In this document: one piece after another, positions 27,217 through 37,501 of the stretch
Layout of the letters: every line of letters starts with the position of its first letter
How positions within the stretch are numbered: position 1 is the stretch's first letter
DNA from: Bdellovibrionales bacterium
GTDB taxonomy: Bacteria > Bdellovibrionota > Bdellovibrionia > Bdellovibrionales > UBA1609
DNA: 64,000 bases
Assembly (NCBI GenBank): GCA_022450595.1
Contig: JAKUPT010000005.1
Span: 3,849-67,848 of the forward strand
Reading direction: 5' to 3'
The notes under the pieces: generated by a model
Databases searched by the model: none
What the model saw: the letters and a program-made list of their open reading frames with translations, nothing else
What the model was told of the DNA's origin: nothing
Program-made: the position numbers and the translations under genes

Positions 27217-28524
27217 TTATTTTTTTGGTAAAATCTGAACGATGGATCTTTTAGGTCCTGTTAAGTACTTTTTAGCCACTTTTTTAACATCCTCAACTGT
27301 AATGGCCTCATAGCGCTCAAGCTCCTTAAAGATCAGACTATAATCACTGTACAAAACTTCCATTTCAGCTAACATTCTAGCTCGCCCTGAAATGGTTTTC
27401 AGTGATTGCACCATATCGCTTATGATAATATTTTTGGCCTTTTCAAGCTCTTTTTCTGTGATGCCTTTTGAAACCAATTTATCCATTTCAGTAAACATAT
27501 AACTTAACGACCGGCTCACATTTGCCTTAGGCTTTAACTGAACAATTAGAGCAAACATTCCACTATGTTTTAAGGACCATAAAAAAGAATCCGCAGAACT
27601 TGCAAGCCCAGAGGTGTAAACCATTTTTTTATAAAGCCTGCTTGATTTCCCCTCCCCAAGTGCACGAGCCAGTATATCCATAGCATAGGCCTCATCAGAA
27701 TCTCTTTCAGGAGCTCTCACAGCCATAGCAATCATAGGTGCCCGAATGTCTTTTTTTATTCTTACAACACGCTGAGAGCGCTGAGTGGGTTCTGGTGTGA
27801 ATTTAAACTCTGGAATCTCTTGGCTTTCAAGTTTTGAATAGTATTTTTTCACTAATTTTTTAGTCTTTTCAATATCAATATCACCAGCAATAACAACTAC
27901 GGCATTATTAGGAGAATAATAGGTTTTGTAAAAGTTTTTGAAGTCCTTCATGCTGGCCGCATTTAAATCTTTCATGGAACCAATGACTGGCCACCGGTAC
28001 TGACTGACTTTAAATACTGAATTAAGTGTGGCCAAGTACATCGTGCCCATAACACTGTTGTCATAGCGCAGTCTTTTTTCTTCCTTAACCACTTCTCTTT
28101 CACTGTCGATCTCTTTTTGGTCAAATATTAAATTTACCATTCGATCCGACTCTATATCCATAAACAACTCTAACTTGTCCGAAGGGAAAGTTTCGTAGTA
28201 GCCGGTGTAATCATAACTGGTAAAAGCGTTGTTAGAGCCACCACTGGCTTGAATCAGTCTTTGCGTCGACTCTCCTGGATACTTTTTTGTGCCCTTAAAC
28301 ATTAAGTGCTCAAAAAAGTGCGCTAAACCAGTAAGTCCTGGCTTTTCATTTTTTGACCCCACACGAAACCACTGTTGGTAATTGATTAATGGCACTGAGT
28401 TGTCTTGGTGAAGCAAAACCGTCATACCATTTTCAAGGGTCATTTTTTCAACTTTAAACTTTATATCTAACTCACCGGCAAAAGCAGAAGAAAATATAAA
28501 TAACGATAAAAAAATAATTTTCAT
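27217..28524 (-). CDS. M16 family (insulinase/pitrilysin-like) zinc peptidase
   Basis: 435 aa with a signal peptide and the inverted zinc motif 'HFFEHLMFKGT'. Confidence 0.88.
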   Translation of the reverse strand: MKIIFLSLFIFSSAFAGELDIKFKVEKMTLENGMTVLLHQDNSVPLINYQQWFRVGSKNEKPGLTGLAHFFEHLMFKGTKKYPGESTQRLIQASGGSNNAFTSYDYTGYYETFPSDKLELFMDIESDRMVNLIFDQKEIDSEREVVKEEKRLRYDNSVMGTMYLATLNSVFKVSQYRWPVIGSMKDLNAASMKDFKNFYKTYYSPNNAVVVIAGDIDIEKTKKLVKKYYSKLESQEIPEFKFTPEPTQRSQRVVRIKKDIRAPMIAMAVRAPERDSDEAYAMDILARALGEGKSSRLYKKMVYTSGLASSADSFLWSLKHSGMFALIVQLKPKANVSRSLSYMFTEMDKLVSKGITEKELEKAKNIIISDMVQSLKTISGRARMLAEMEVLYSDYSLIFKELERYEAITVEDVKKVAKKYLTGPKRSIVQILPKK

Positions 28525-28827
28525 AACAACTCCATAGTGTGGATTATGAGTGTCTTAATTATATGACCTAAGGTTTGTTATGTTCAATAACAATCGTTAT
28601 TTTTATTTAGGGTGTTTAATATCTTTTAATACTATTTATAATTAGACTTTTTTAGGCTAAAGCCTTTTAACGCAGAGAAAAATCATTTCCAGGTGAAACT
28701 GAATCCAGAGAAATGAATGATTAAGCTTTTTCCTGTTGAATCAAAAATAAGGAGAGATCTTATTTGCAAAAAAGTGACTTACACTAATTTTTTCGAATTT
28801 TTTTAAGTTAAAGTACCAAGAATTACT

Positions 28828-29325
28828 TTACTGGACTACAAAGTCAGAAAAGTAAACGTTCTTAACCACTCCATTTTCCAATACAGAATTAAGAGAGGCA
28901 ATGATTTGATTTTTTAGTTTGAGTTTACCTTGTACACTTTCAATTTGATCAAAACGCATTGAGTTCATTACCCGAATCATAGAGTCTCTAGTTTTAGCCT
29001 TCTTCAATATGACTTCTTCAAAACCTTGAGCATCTAACATTTCAAGAGTTACATCCATTCTGATCATACGCTGAGGAAGACCATATAAATTGGCATTGAA
29101 GGTTTCCATTTTATACATCACAGGACCTTGTTCATAAGTTTTATAAAACTCTTCCATCTGCTTTTCCAACTCTTCATTATGAACGGCATTAACCTTGTCT
29201 CCTAAAGTGGAGCTGTAGACTACAAATAATGCTCCTGCCATAAAAGCTATGTTGATAATGGCAAAGACCATTCCTAGCATTTTTCCTGACTTTTTAGGTT
29301 TTTGTTCTGTGTTTTCTTCAGCCAT
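28828..29325 (-). CDS. fliL: flagellar basal-body-associated protein FliL
   Basis: Start chosen at ATG 29325 ('MAEENTEQKPKK', AGGAG RBS). It has a single TM and the FliL-type C-terminus 'VKNVYFSDFVVQ'. Confidence 0.75.
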   Translation of the reverse strand: MAEENTEQKPKKSGKMLGMVFAIINIAFMAGALFVVYSSTLGDKVNAVHNEELEKQMEEFYKTYEQGPVMYKMETFNANLYGLPQRMIRMDVTLEMLDAQGFEEVILKKAKTRDSMIRVMNSMRFDQIESVQGKLKLKNQIIASLNSVLENGVVKNVYFSDFVVQ

Positions 29326-29345
29326 AATCCTAACTCCTAGACTTT

Positions 29346-29353
29346 GTATCGGC
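29346..29353 (-). promoter_or_regulatory. sigma28-like -10 element (GCCGATAC) upstream of fliL
   Basis: The minus strand reads GCCGATAC, with 20 nt between its 3' end and the fliL ATG; the remembered FliA -10 consensus is GCCGATAA. The -35 (TAAA) match is poor: TTTAAG lies about 15 nt upstream. Confidence 0.2.
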
Positions 29354-29535
29354 CTTACGGCCAAAGTCTTAAATAAGAAAAGGTCTAGTTTTTAAAAGCC
29401 TTAAAATTAAGCCCCTTACTGGCTCTTTACGAGGCGTATCATTAGAAAATGTTTTATATTGAGAATATGAATTGTAAATTAAAGTTAACCCTCTGATTTC
29501 TTGACTTTTTTTACAAAAATGCCGTTAATGTATAT

Positions 29536-30570
29536 ATGGGGAAGTTAAGTAAAGTTGTTGCAGCATCGGTATTGTTATTTTGTTCACTATCTTTTGGACA
29601 ACAAAAGGTGGATCCTGAGTTTGTAAACTCTGACTCGCCGCTACTTAACACACCAGATCCTATTCCTGTACAGCCACCAAAAGGTAAAATACCAAAATCT
29701 ATATTAAGTCTTGGCACTGGTCGCTTCTTTTCTCCCTATGCTATTGTGGCAGACAAAGCAAAGCGCACACTTTCTTTATGGCAAAACCAAGAAGGGCAAC
29801 TGCGCTTAGTTAAAATCTTCCCGGTTGATTTTGGCCGTAAGGAGGGCGACAAATACCAAGTTGATGACTTGCGCACTCCTGAAGGAATTTATTTTTTCCA
29901 AAAAGAGCTTTACGGAAATAATTTAGATTTTAGCAACTATGGTAAACGTGCGTTTACTATGGACTATCCTAACTTTTTTGATCGCTTAGAAAAAAAGACA
30001 GGATACGGTATTTGGTTACACGCCATCCCAGATACAAAAACCCTTAAGCGTGGATCAAGAGGCTGTGTCGTTGTTCGCAACGAAGCCATTGATGAGTTAA
30101 AATCTTACATCAGTCTTCAAACCACACCTATTGTGGTCAAAGATGAAGTAGAGTACATCACTCAACAAGAATTTCAGCAAAACAGCCAAAATCTTCTTGG
30201 TTTTTTAAATCAGTGGAAACAAAGCTGGCAGGACAAAAACATCGACTCTTATATTTCTCACTATCATGACAAATTTAAAGCTTTAAAAATGAATAAAAAG
30301 CAGTGGAAATCCTATAAGTCACGATTAAATAAACAGTACGAAAAGATCACGGTAAATATCTCAAACCCTGTGATTATTAAGCACAAAGACGAAGTTGTGG
30401 TTAGGTTCCTGCAAAGCTACCGCTCAGACGAGCACAGTGATTTTGGAGAGAAAGCTTTATATATTAAAAACGTGAATGGCCAGTATAGAATCATCGGGGA
30501 AGAATGGTCTGCCCTACCAAATACAACTGAGTACCTGGCTTTAGTTAAAACCGAAGAAAAAGGCTCTTAA
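29536..30570 (+). CDS. L,D-transpeptidase (YkuD domain) family protein
   Basis: 344 aa with a signal peptide. Catalytic region 'GIWLHAIPDTKTLKRGSRGCVVVRNEAIDEL' carries the His...Cys pair. Confidence 0.82.
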   Translation: MGKLSKVVAASVLLFCSLSFGQQKVDPEFVNSDSPLLNTPDPIPVQPPKGKIPKSILSLGTGRFFSPYAIVADKAKRTLSLWQNQEGQLRLVKIFPVDFGRKEGDKYQVDDLRTPEGIYFFQKELYGNNLDFSNYGKRAFTMDYPNFFDRLEKKTGYGIWLHAIPDTKTLKRGSRGCVVVRNEAIDELKSYISLQTTPIVVKDEVEYITQQEFQQNSQNLLGFLNQWKQSWQDKNIDSYISHYHDKFKALKMNKKQWKSYKSRLNKQYEKITVNISNPVIIKHKDEVVVRFLQSYRSDEHSDFGEKALYIKNVNGQYRIIGEEWSALPNTTEYLALVKTEEKGS

Positions 30571-30770
30571 TGAGCCTCTTCCTCTGAAGAATCTTTATGA
30601 GAATCATCTTTAAGATTTAACTCAACTTTATTTGAAGTATCGTCTGCAAGCTCAGAAGTGTAGCTCTTTAAATCTTGCTCAGTAATGATGCCTTGTTCAA
30701 GGTTCCAATCAATAAGTCTTTTATCAAACTTTTTAGCATTTAAAGCATCAAATAAACCTGATTTTTTCAT
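30567..30770 (-). CDS. small acidic hypothetical protein
   Basis: 67-aa ORF lying 15 nt downstream of the rhomboid gene on the same strand. Its stop overlaps the convergent gene's stop by 4 nt. Confidence 0.5.
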   Translation of the reverse strand: MKKSGLFDALNAKKFDKRLIDWNLEQGIITEQDLKSYTSELADDTSNKVELNLKDDSHKDSSEEEAH

Positions 30771-30785
30771 AATAGCTTCCTCTCT

Positions 30786-31532
30786 TTAGTTCCAATATTT
30801 TGGCCCAGATTTGGTATCGTCGTTATTTACCACTAAACGAAGCTTACGTCCACGACTCTTAGAGGATTTTGTTTTAAAAAATGAAGTGATATTACCACCA
30901 AATTTTAAGTACAAATACCCAACAATTCCGCCACCCCGGTGGGCCATATGGGCCACATTAGAGCCAAAGCCGGACTGCAGGGTTGAAATAAAAGCTATCC
31001 CCCCAAGAATCATGGCAAAATACTTAGCCTTCATTGGAAAAATTAACATAAAGTGAATCACTCGCTCCCCGAAAACCAATCCATAAGCCACAAGCAGCCC
31101 ATAAATAGCCCCTGAAGCTCCAATCACTGGTGTTTGTAAAGGAAAGTAATCACCGCTGCTCCAGTAGTAAATAAAAGCCACCAAGCTGTATAAAAGAGCT
31201 GCTCCTACCCCGCACACCATATAGTAAGTTAAAAAGAATTTTGAGCCCCAACGATATTCAAGTTCAGAACCAAACATCCACAGTACAAGCATATTAAATA
31301 AAATATGCCCAATAGAGCTGGCATGAAGAAACATATAGGTCAAAGGAGTCCATATTTGAAACTCCATAGTAAAATTCAATGGAGTCAGTGCAAACCATTC
31401 ATAGATCACTGTGGAATTTAAAATCATATCTTGTAGGACAAGAATCAATCCTAACCAGACAGCCACGTTAATAATTAATAGCTTTTTTACAATGGGACCA
31501 AAGGCTGGCACCCCTAACTGATACTGTTGCAT
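30786..31532 (-). CDS. rhomboid family intramembrane serine protease
   Basis: 248 aa and polytopic. Contains 'HILFNMLVLWMFG' and the catalytic 'GASGAIYGLLVAY'. Confidence 0.88.
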   Translation of the reverse strand: MQQYQLGVPAFGPIVKKLLIINVAVWLGLILVLQDMILNSTVIYEWFALTPLNFTMEFQIWTPLTYMFLHASSIGHILFNMLVLWMFGSELEYRWGSKFFLTYYMVCGVGAALLYSLVAFIYYWSSGDYFPLQTPVIGASGAIYGLLVAYGLVFGERVIHFMLIFPMKAKYFAMILGGIAFISTLQSGFGSNVAHMAHRGGGIVGYLYLKFGGNITSFFKTKSSKSRGRKLRLVVNNDDTKSGPKYWN

Positions 31533-31563
31533 AAAACCTCTTTGTTGCTAAGGGTATTTTACG

Positions 31564-32007
31564 TCAGTTTTGTGGCTGACTCAATTCAATGAGTACACCA
31601 CCTGTACTTTTAGGGTGGATAAAAGCCACAAGGCAATTATGAGCCCCTGGCTTTGGCTTTTCATCTATCATCTGTACCTCTGTGGTCTTAATAGATTCAA
31701 TAGCTTTATGAATGTCTTGCACTCGAAGACAAATATGATGAATTCCTGGCCCCCTTTTAGTTAAAAACTTCGCAATAGGGCTGTTATCATTAAGAGGTTC
31801 TAAAAGTTCAATCCTTGAAACTCCCTTGCCGGGCTCCACTTCAGGTCCAAGCTGCATAAAACCGACCTTGACCCCTTCGGTCTTAACCTCTTCAATGGCT
31901 GGCTCATCAAAGCCCATGGCCATGTACAATTTTTTTGTCTCATCAATGCTCTTGCAGGCCACTCCGATATGATCTAATTCGTAGGGAAATTTCCAGTTCA
32001 TATTCAT
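31564..32007 (-). CDS. mce: methylmalonyl-CoA epimerase / VOC (glyoxalase) family protein
   Basis: 147 aa. Contains 'LDHIGVACKSIDE', 'GPGIHHICLRV' and 'GGVLIEL'. Confidence 0.75.
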   Translation of the reverse strand: MNMNWKFPYELDHIGVACKSIDETKKLYMAMGFDEPAIEEVKTEGVKVGFMQLGPEVEPGKGVSRIELLEPLNDNSPIAKFLTKRGPGIHHICLRVQDIHKAIESIKTTEVQMIDEKPKPGAHNCLVAFIHPKSTGGVLIELSQPQN

Positions 32008-32543
32008 AATTTTACCTTTTTAAAATAGGGTTTTAATTTTTTATAGGACTGTGCCACTGTCTCAGGTAAAACCTTTGTTTCTGCAATCAGTGGAAAAAAG
32101 TTAGTGTCCCCCGACCACCTGGGGATCAAATGCCAATGTAAATGATCAGGAATTCCAGCCCCTGCCACACGGCCATGGTTCATACCTAAGTTCATAGCGT
32201 CACAGCCGTAAACTTTATATAAAATTTCTGCTGCAGCTTTCATTAATAGCATAAGGTCCATGTACTGCTCTTCAGACAAGCTCATCAATGTTCCCTTGTG
32301 AGCTATGGGCAACACCAATAAATGTCCGCTATTATAGGGGTATTTATTGGCAACGACCATGCTATGTTTAGTTTTGTGTAAAACTAGAGATTTTGCGTTA
32401 ACACCGGCTTTTAAAGCCTCACAAAACACACAGCCTTTAGGCTTTATAAGTTTTCTAACATATTTATAGCGCTCTGGTTTTTCAATAAAGTCACGCTCTT
32501 GTGGCCATATATCATCACTAATATGTAGCTTTTTTTTAGCCAT
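32004..32543 (-). CDS. HIT (histidine triad) family nucleotide hydrolase/transferase
   Basis: 179 aa with the histidine triad 'PDHLHWHLIPR'. It overlaps mce by 4 nt. Confidence 0.85.
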   Translation of the reverse strand: MAKKKLHISDDIWPQERDFIEKPERYKYVRKLIKPKGCVFCEALKAGVNAKSLVLHKTKHSMVVANKYPYNSGHLLVLPIAHKGTLMSLSEEQYMDLMLLMKAAAEILYKVYGCDAMNLGMNHGRVAGAGIPDHLHWHLIPRWSGDTNFFPLIAETKVLPETVAQSYKKLKPYFKKVKL

Positions 32544-32549
32544 AAACCC

Positions 32550-33464
32550 TTACCTTCTCAGTGCTCCCGGAAAAATTAAAAGGGGCTGTCCACTTAAATT
32601 CATTTGAGTCAGTCGCTCAATACTTTCTTCAATGCTGATTGAAGATTTCATTTCTGCGAGAAAATCAAAGACATTTGGACGCTCTTTGGGTGGCTCAAAT
32701 AATTTTGGCTTTGCTCCTAAACCAGAAAGCTCTCCCACTGAACGAACGGCATCGTCAAAGGTACCCACTTGATCAGCAAACCCTAAAGACACTGCAGTCT
32801 CACCTGTAAACACTCGACCATCAGAGTACTTTCGCACAACATTTTCTTCCAGCTTGCGACTTTCTACCACAGCATCAATAAACTGAGTGTGAACTCCATC
32901 AATTAGGTTTTGAAAGAGTTGCTTTTCGTCTTCTCTCATTGGTCGATACTCAGCACCGGAGTCTTTATAAGGCCCCGTTTTTAAAGCAAAGCGCTTGATA
33001 TTAGCCCAATTATATAAACCTTCTAAATTTGCAAACTCCATAATAACACCGATAGAGCCAAGCATAGAACCAGGGTTTACAATCACTTTATTGGCAGCTA
33101 TTGCCGCATAATAAGCTCCACTGGCAGCCACTGAAGACACCGTGACAACTACTGGCTTTTGCCACTCTTCTCGCACTCTTTTAAGTTCAGCGTAGATCTC
33201 TTGGCTAGGGCCAACAACCCCACCTGGAGAATTTACTCGCACAACAACACCTTTAATGTGCTTATCATCTCTGTACTTTCTAAGGTTTTTTAGGAAAGTC
33301 TTTCCATCAATAATTACTCCATCTAAGTCTAAATATAAAATGGAGTTTTCTGTCACAGTCCCTTGGATGGACCCGAACTTGCTAAGACCAAAAAAAGCAC
33401 CTAGCAAAGAAAAAACAAACATCACCGATACAATAACACCTATAACTGTAAAAAACTTTTTCAT
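32550..33464 (-). CDS. sppA: signal peptide peptidase SppA (36K type)
   Basis: 304 aa with an N-terminal TM. Contains 'VVRVNSPGGVV' and 'AASGAYYAA' (Ser nucleophile region). Confidence 0.88.
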   Translation of the reverse strand: MKKFFTVIGVIVSVMFVFSLLGAFFGLSKFGSIQGTVTENSILYLDLDGVIIDGKTFLKNLRKYRDDKHIKGVVVRVNSPGGVVGPSQEIYAELKRVREEWQKPVVVTVSSVAASGAYYAAIAANKVIVNPGSMLGSIGVIMEFANLEGLYNWANIKRFALKTGPYKDSGAEYRPMREDEKQLFQNLIDGVHTQFIDAVVESRKLEENVVRKYSDGRVFTGETAVSLGFADQVGTFDDAVRSVGELSGLGAKPKLFEPPKERPNVFDFLAEMKSSISIEESIERLTQMNLSGQPLLIFPGALRR

Positions 33465-33515
33465 GAATACGCCTCCGTTGAGCCAACAATATAACAGTGG
33501 GCTTTTTATTTACCA

Positions 33516-33547
33516 ATAAAAAAAGCCCTCACACTAGGGTGAGGGCT
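33516..33547 (-). terminator. rho-independent terminator after rpsA
   Basis: GCCCTCAC (33525-33532) pairs with GTGAGGGC (33539-33546). On the minus strand it is followed by a run of T (plus-strand A-run, 33517-33524). Confidence 0.7.
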
Positions 33548-33579
33548 TTAAAATTTCTAGAATATTTTAAAAAGCAAAA

Positions 33580-35412
33580 TTACTCGTTATTGCCTTGTTG
33601 TGCAGCTTCTTGCAGTTCTTTAGCAAATAAGTCACCTAAGCTTGTTTTAGATGTGGTTTTTGCTTTTTTCACATAGTCATCAACATCTGCTTTTTGATCT
33701 CTAAGTGTAACAAGTTTAGCACTTAGACCAATCTTTCTAGCATCTTTGTCGATCGTGATGATTTCAGCTTTAATAGAGTCACCCACGTTAACTACTTCTT
33801 CTGGTTTTTCAACACGCTTAGTAGTTAATTCACTGATGTGGATCAAGCCTTCAATGTTTTCATCAAGTTCTACAAACACACCGAAGTCTGCCGTTTTAGT
33901 AACTTTCACATCGTGTTGAGAACCAACAGGGTATTTAGACTCAATGCCATCCCATGGATCTTGATCAAGCTGCTTTACACCAAGAGAGAATCTCTCGTTC
34001 TCAATATCAACACCTAGTACAACCGCACGAACTTTGTCGCCTTTTTTGTACATTTCACTTGGGTGATTCACACGTTTCGTCCAAGAAAAGTCAGAGATGT
34101 GAATAAGACCATCAATTCCTTCATCGATACCAACAAAGGCACCAAAGTCAGTAATAGATTTTACTTCACCTTCAATGATTGTTCCTGGTGGATATGTGTC
34201 TTTAAGTTGAACCCATGGGTTTTCTTCAAGTTGTTTCATACCAAGGCTGATACGACGGTTTTCTTTATCAACTTCAAGAACCACAACGTTAACTTTGTCT
34301 CCAACGTTAACGATTTGAGATGGATGCTTCACACGCTTAGTCCAGCTCATTTCACTTACGTGAATTAAGCCTTCAACACCGTCATCTAATTCAATAAAAG
34401 TACCGTAGTCAGCAAGACTTACCACTTCACCAGATAATTTTTTACCAATTGGGAAGTTGCTAGCCACTGAATCCCAAGGATCTTCAGTTAACTGCTTAAG
34501 ACCTAAAGACACACGCTCTTTTTGATCGTCAAACTTAAGAACTTTCACATCAATTTCATCACCAATGTTTAACACATCTGTTGGGTGCTTAATACGGCCC
34601 CAGCTCATGTCAGTGATGTGAAGAAGTCCGTCCATTCCACCTAAATCAATAAATGCACCGTAATCAGTGATGTTTTTCACGATACCGCTAACCACTGAAC
34701 CTTCTTGCATTGTATCAATAGTTTGTGAACGAAGCTTTTCTCTTTCTTCTTCAAGAAGAACACGACGAGAAAGAACAATGTTTCCACGTTTTTTGTTAAA
34801 CTTAATAATTTTGAATTTAAATTTTTTGCCAATAAAAGAGTCCATATTTTTCACCGGACGAAGATCAATCAAACTTCCAGGTAAAAAGGCCTTCACTCCA
34901 ATATCAACACTGAGACCACCATTAACTTTTGAAATAATAGTACCTTCAATAGTTTCATCGTTTTCAGCAGCATCAGAAATGTCATTCCAAGCTCTAAGCA
35001 TATCGGCCTTGTCTTTAGATAGACCAACCATGCCATTTTGATCTTCAATACGATCAATGTACACATCAACAGTCTGTCCCACTTCAATGCTTTCTTTGCC
35101 TTCTACGATACGAAATTCTGATTTATTGATGACACCTTCACTTTTATATCCAATATCAACCAATACGTAGTCTTCTTTAACTTCTACTACTTTACCGCTG
35201 ACGATATCGCCCACTTTATAGTCTTTGTTCTCAAGAGACTGTTCAAAAAGGTCTTCAAAAGACTCACCAGTTGAGGCTACCTTTTTATCCGAACCAAGGA
35301 CTTCTTTATCCTTCTCATTCAACAGGGCTAAAACCTTGTCTTTTTCTTGTTGGGCTTTTGTTTTGTTCTTGCTTTCGATATTCAATTCTCCTCCTTTGGA
35401 AACCAATCGCAA
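33580..35412 (-). CDS. rpsA: 30S ribosomal protein S1
   Basis: Six S1 repeats, e.g. 'GSVVSGIVKNITDYGAFIDLGGMDGLLHITDMSW'. The true start may be the TTG at 35385, directly after AAAGGAGGAGAA, rather than 35412. Confidence 0.93.
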   Translation of the reverse strand: MRLVSKGGELNIESKNKTKAQQEKDKVLALLNEKDKEVLGSDKKVASTGESFEDLFEQSLENKDYKVGDIVSGKVVEVKEDYVLVDIGYKSEGVINKSEFRIVEGKESIEVGQTVDVYIDRIEDQNGMVGLSKDKADMLRAWNDISDAAENDETIEGTIISKVNGGLSVDIGVKAFLPGSLIDLRPVKNMDSFIGKKFKFKIIKFNKKRGNIVLSRRVLLEEEREKLRSQTIDTMQEGSVVSGIVKNITDYGAFIDLGGMDGLLHITDMSWGRIKHPTDVLNIGDEIDVKVLKFDDQKERVSLGLKQLTEDPWDSVASNFPIGKKLSGEVVSLADYGTFIELDDGVEGLIHVSEMSWTKRVKHPSQIVNVGDKVNVVVLEVDKENRRISLGMKQLEENPWVQLKDTYPPGTIIEGEVKSITDFGAFVGIDEGIDGLIHISDFSWTKRVNHPSEMYKKGDKVRAVVLGVDIENERFSLGVKQLDQDPWDGIESKYPVGSQHDVKVTKTADFGVFVELDENIEGLIHISELTTKRVEKPEEVVNVGDSIKAEIITIDKDARKIGLSAKLVTLRDQKADVDDYVKKAKTTSKTSLGDLFAKELQEAAQQGNNE

Positions 35413-35571
35413 TAATCAATTTCCAGATTTTAAGCCTCTCGGCTGTTAATTATTTATAGTTATCTATTTAACATAGAGCCCCAATTTATATGCATAAATA
35501 GGGGTTAGATAAAGTTTTTTTTTATAATTATTAAAAAAAATTCAGTGGCTTTGCTGTCCGGCCGCTATGGC

Positions 35572-36255
35572 TTAAGGGGTGGCAAAGCTTTCTTGATTAA
35601 ATTGAGAGCGTAATTTTTGCTCTATATGACTGACAACAGTGCTCAGATCCATTGTAGAGGTGTCTACTACAAAAGCACCCTCTGGAATTTGAAGTGGAGC
35701 CGACTTTCTGGTGCTATCTTGCTTATCACGTATTTTTTGTTCACTAAGGGTTTTTTCAACATCTTCACCCTGCTCCATGGCACGTCGCATCGCTCTGTCT
35801 TCAGATCGTGCGGTTAAATAAACCTTAAAATCAGCTTTTGGAAATACAACAGTGCCACAGTCACGGCCTTCAGCAATAAGGCCAAGACCATCCACTAATG
35901 CCATGTCTCTTTGGGCTTTTAAAAGAGCGGCCCTAACTTCTGGGTACTGACTGATCTGACTGGCAATGCTGCCTACTTGTTCTTTAAATATTTCAGAGGT
36001 GACATCTTGGCCTTGAAAAATCACCAGCGTGTGATCTTGAGTGAGCTCCACATGCCAATCTCCCTCAGCGCATATATTGGCCAAAGCTTTTTGATCTTTT
36101 AAATCCACCTGTTTTTGCTGAGCCACGTAGGCAAGCCCTCTATAAAAAGCTCCTGTTGAAACCCAGTTCCAGCCTAAACGCTTTGCCAATTCACGACTCA
36201 CCGATGTTTTGCCACTGGCCGCCGGTCCATCTATTGTAATCACCTTATCACTCAC
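35572..36255 (-). CDS. cmk: cytidylate kinase
   Basis: 227 aa with a GTG start and P-loop 'ITIDGPAASGKTSVSRELA'. Confidence 0.92.
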   Translation of the reverse strand: MSDKVITIDGPAASGKTSVSRELAKRLGWNWVSTGAFYRGLAYVAQQKQVDLKDQKALANICAEGDWHVELTQDHTLVIFQGQDVTSEIFKEQVGSIASQISQYPEVRAALLKAQRDMALVDGLGLIAEGRDCGTVVFPKADFKVYLTARSEDRAMRRAMEQGEDVEKTLSEQKIRDKQDSTRKSAPLQIPEGAFVVDTSTMDLSTVVSHIEQKLRSQFNQESFATP

Positions 36256-36274
36256 CCTTTTACCTCGATAAAAA

Positions 36275-37372
36275 TCATTTTTTTAGCACAGTCTTTAAGG
36301 CTTGAATAGCCTTTTGATTCTCGTCATGTGTGCCAACACTTAATCTCAATAAACTCTCAAAGCCGTAATTGTTTACAGGTCGCAGTATAATACCCAATTT
36401 CAAAAGCTCTTCATAAACACTGACCGCATTTTTTTTGACATCAATCAGTACAAAGTTGGCCTGAGAAGGCCAATAGGCCACCCCCATATCTTGGAGTTCT
36501 TTATAAAAGTAATCAAGCCCCGACCAAACCATATCCTGTGAAGCTTTAAGGTAGTCTTTGTCATCAAGTGCTGCCAAAGCCCCGGCCTGAGATAGAGAGT
36601 TCACATTAAAGGGATTTCGAACACGGTTGTAGTAATCTAATATTTTTTCGTGGGCAAAAAGCGCCCCTAAACGAAGACCTGCAAGGCCAAAAACTTTACT
36701 AAATGTTCGAATCACTGCCACATTTTGATAAGAATCCAGTAGCTCCAATGCATTGGGAGCATCTTCAGCACGGACAAACTCAAAGTAAGCTTCATCAATA
36801 ACAATCAGTTGGTCAGTTTTATTTTTTTGCGACTCAACAAATTCAAATAGCTCGGTTTTCGTTAAATAAGTTCCCGTTGGATTGTTCGGGTTGGCGATAA
36901 ATACAATTTTAGGCTTATGCTCTTCACAAAGCTGTTTGATCTTTTCTAAATCAAAACGCAAATCTTCCGTCATTGGTGCTTCTTTAACATGGACCCGAGC
37001 TGCTGTAGCACAAACCTTATATGCCACAAATGCCGCTTTTGAGGTGACTATATTGTCATCTGGTTCACAAAAAATTCGAATCAACAAATCAATCACTTCA
37101 TTAGAGCCATTTCCAAAAGCAAGTTTTTTGGCTGACATATTATAATGACTTGCAACTTTATGAGTAAGCTTATGACATGAAGGGTCTGGGTAACGATGAA
37201 TTTCATGGGCGGCCTGTGATATAGCTTCCACGACTTTTTGACTGACACCTAGAGCATTTTCATTGCTAGCAAGCTTTGTGACCTCCGAAAGACCAAGCTC
37301 TCTTTTTGTCTCCTCGATGGGCTTGCCTGGCTTGTAAGGCACTAAGTTTTCAATGGATGAAGATACTTTCAT
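36275..37372 (-). CDS. hisC: histidinol-phosphate aminotransferase
   Basis: 365 aa. Contains 'KLASNENALG', 'NPNNPTG' and the PLP-Lys region 'RTFSKVFGLAGLRLG'. Confidence 0.9.
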   Translation of the reverse strand: MKVSSSIENLVPYKPGKPIEETKRELGLSEVTKLASNENALGVSQKVVEAISQAAHEIHRYPDPSCHKLTHKVASHYNMSAKKLAFGNGSNEVIDLLIRIFCEPDDNIVTSKAAFVAYKVCATAARVHVKEAPMTEDLRFDLEKIKQLCEEHKPKIVFIANPNNPTGTYLTKTELFEFVESQKNKTDQLIVIDEAYFEFVRAEDAPNALELLDSYQNVAVIRTFSKVFGLAGLRLGALFAHEKILDYYNRVRNPFNVNSLSQAGALAALDDKDYLKASQDMVWSGLDYFYKELQDMGVAYWPSQANFVLIDVKKNAVSVYEELLKLGIILRPVNNYGFESLLRLSVGTHDENQKAIQALKTVLKK

Positions 37373-37501
37373 ATTTTTACCTTTTTCAAAATGACCAAAA
37401 ACAACTATATTGAATTACTCCCAGCTCGCAAACTATTTTTTTAATGGTTTGATATGGGTGAAATTTTAGAATATTCTTAAAAGTCTACAAATATTCGGAA
37501 C

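Noticed and set aside
34063-35449. Several 60-124-aa ORFs on both strands inside or abutting rpsA
   Set aside because: rpsA is unambiguous, with six S1 repeats. The other ORFs are antisense or off-frame by-products with no independent signals.
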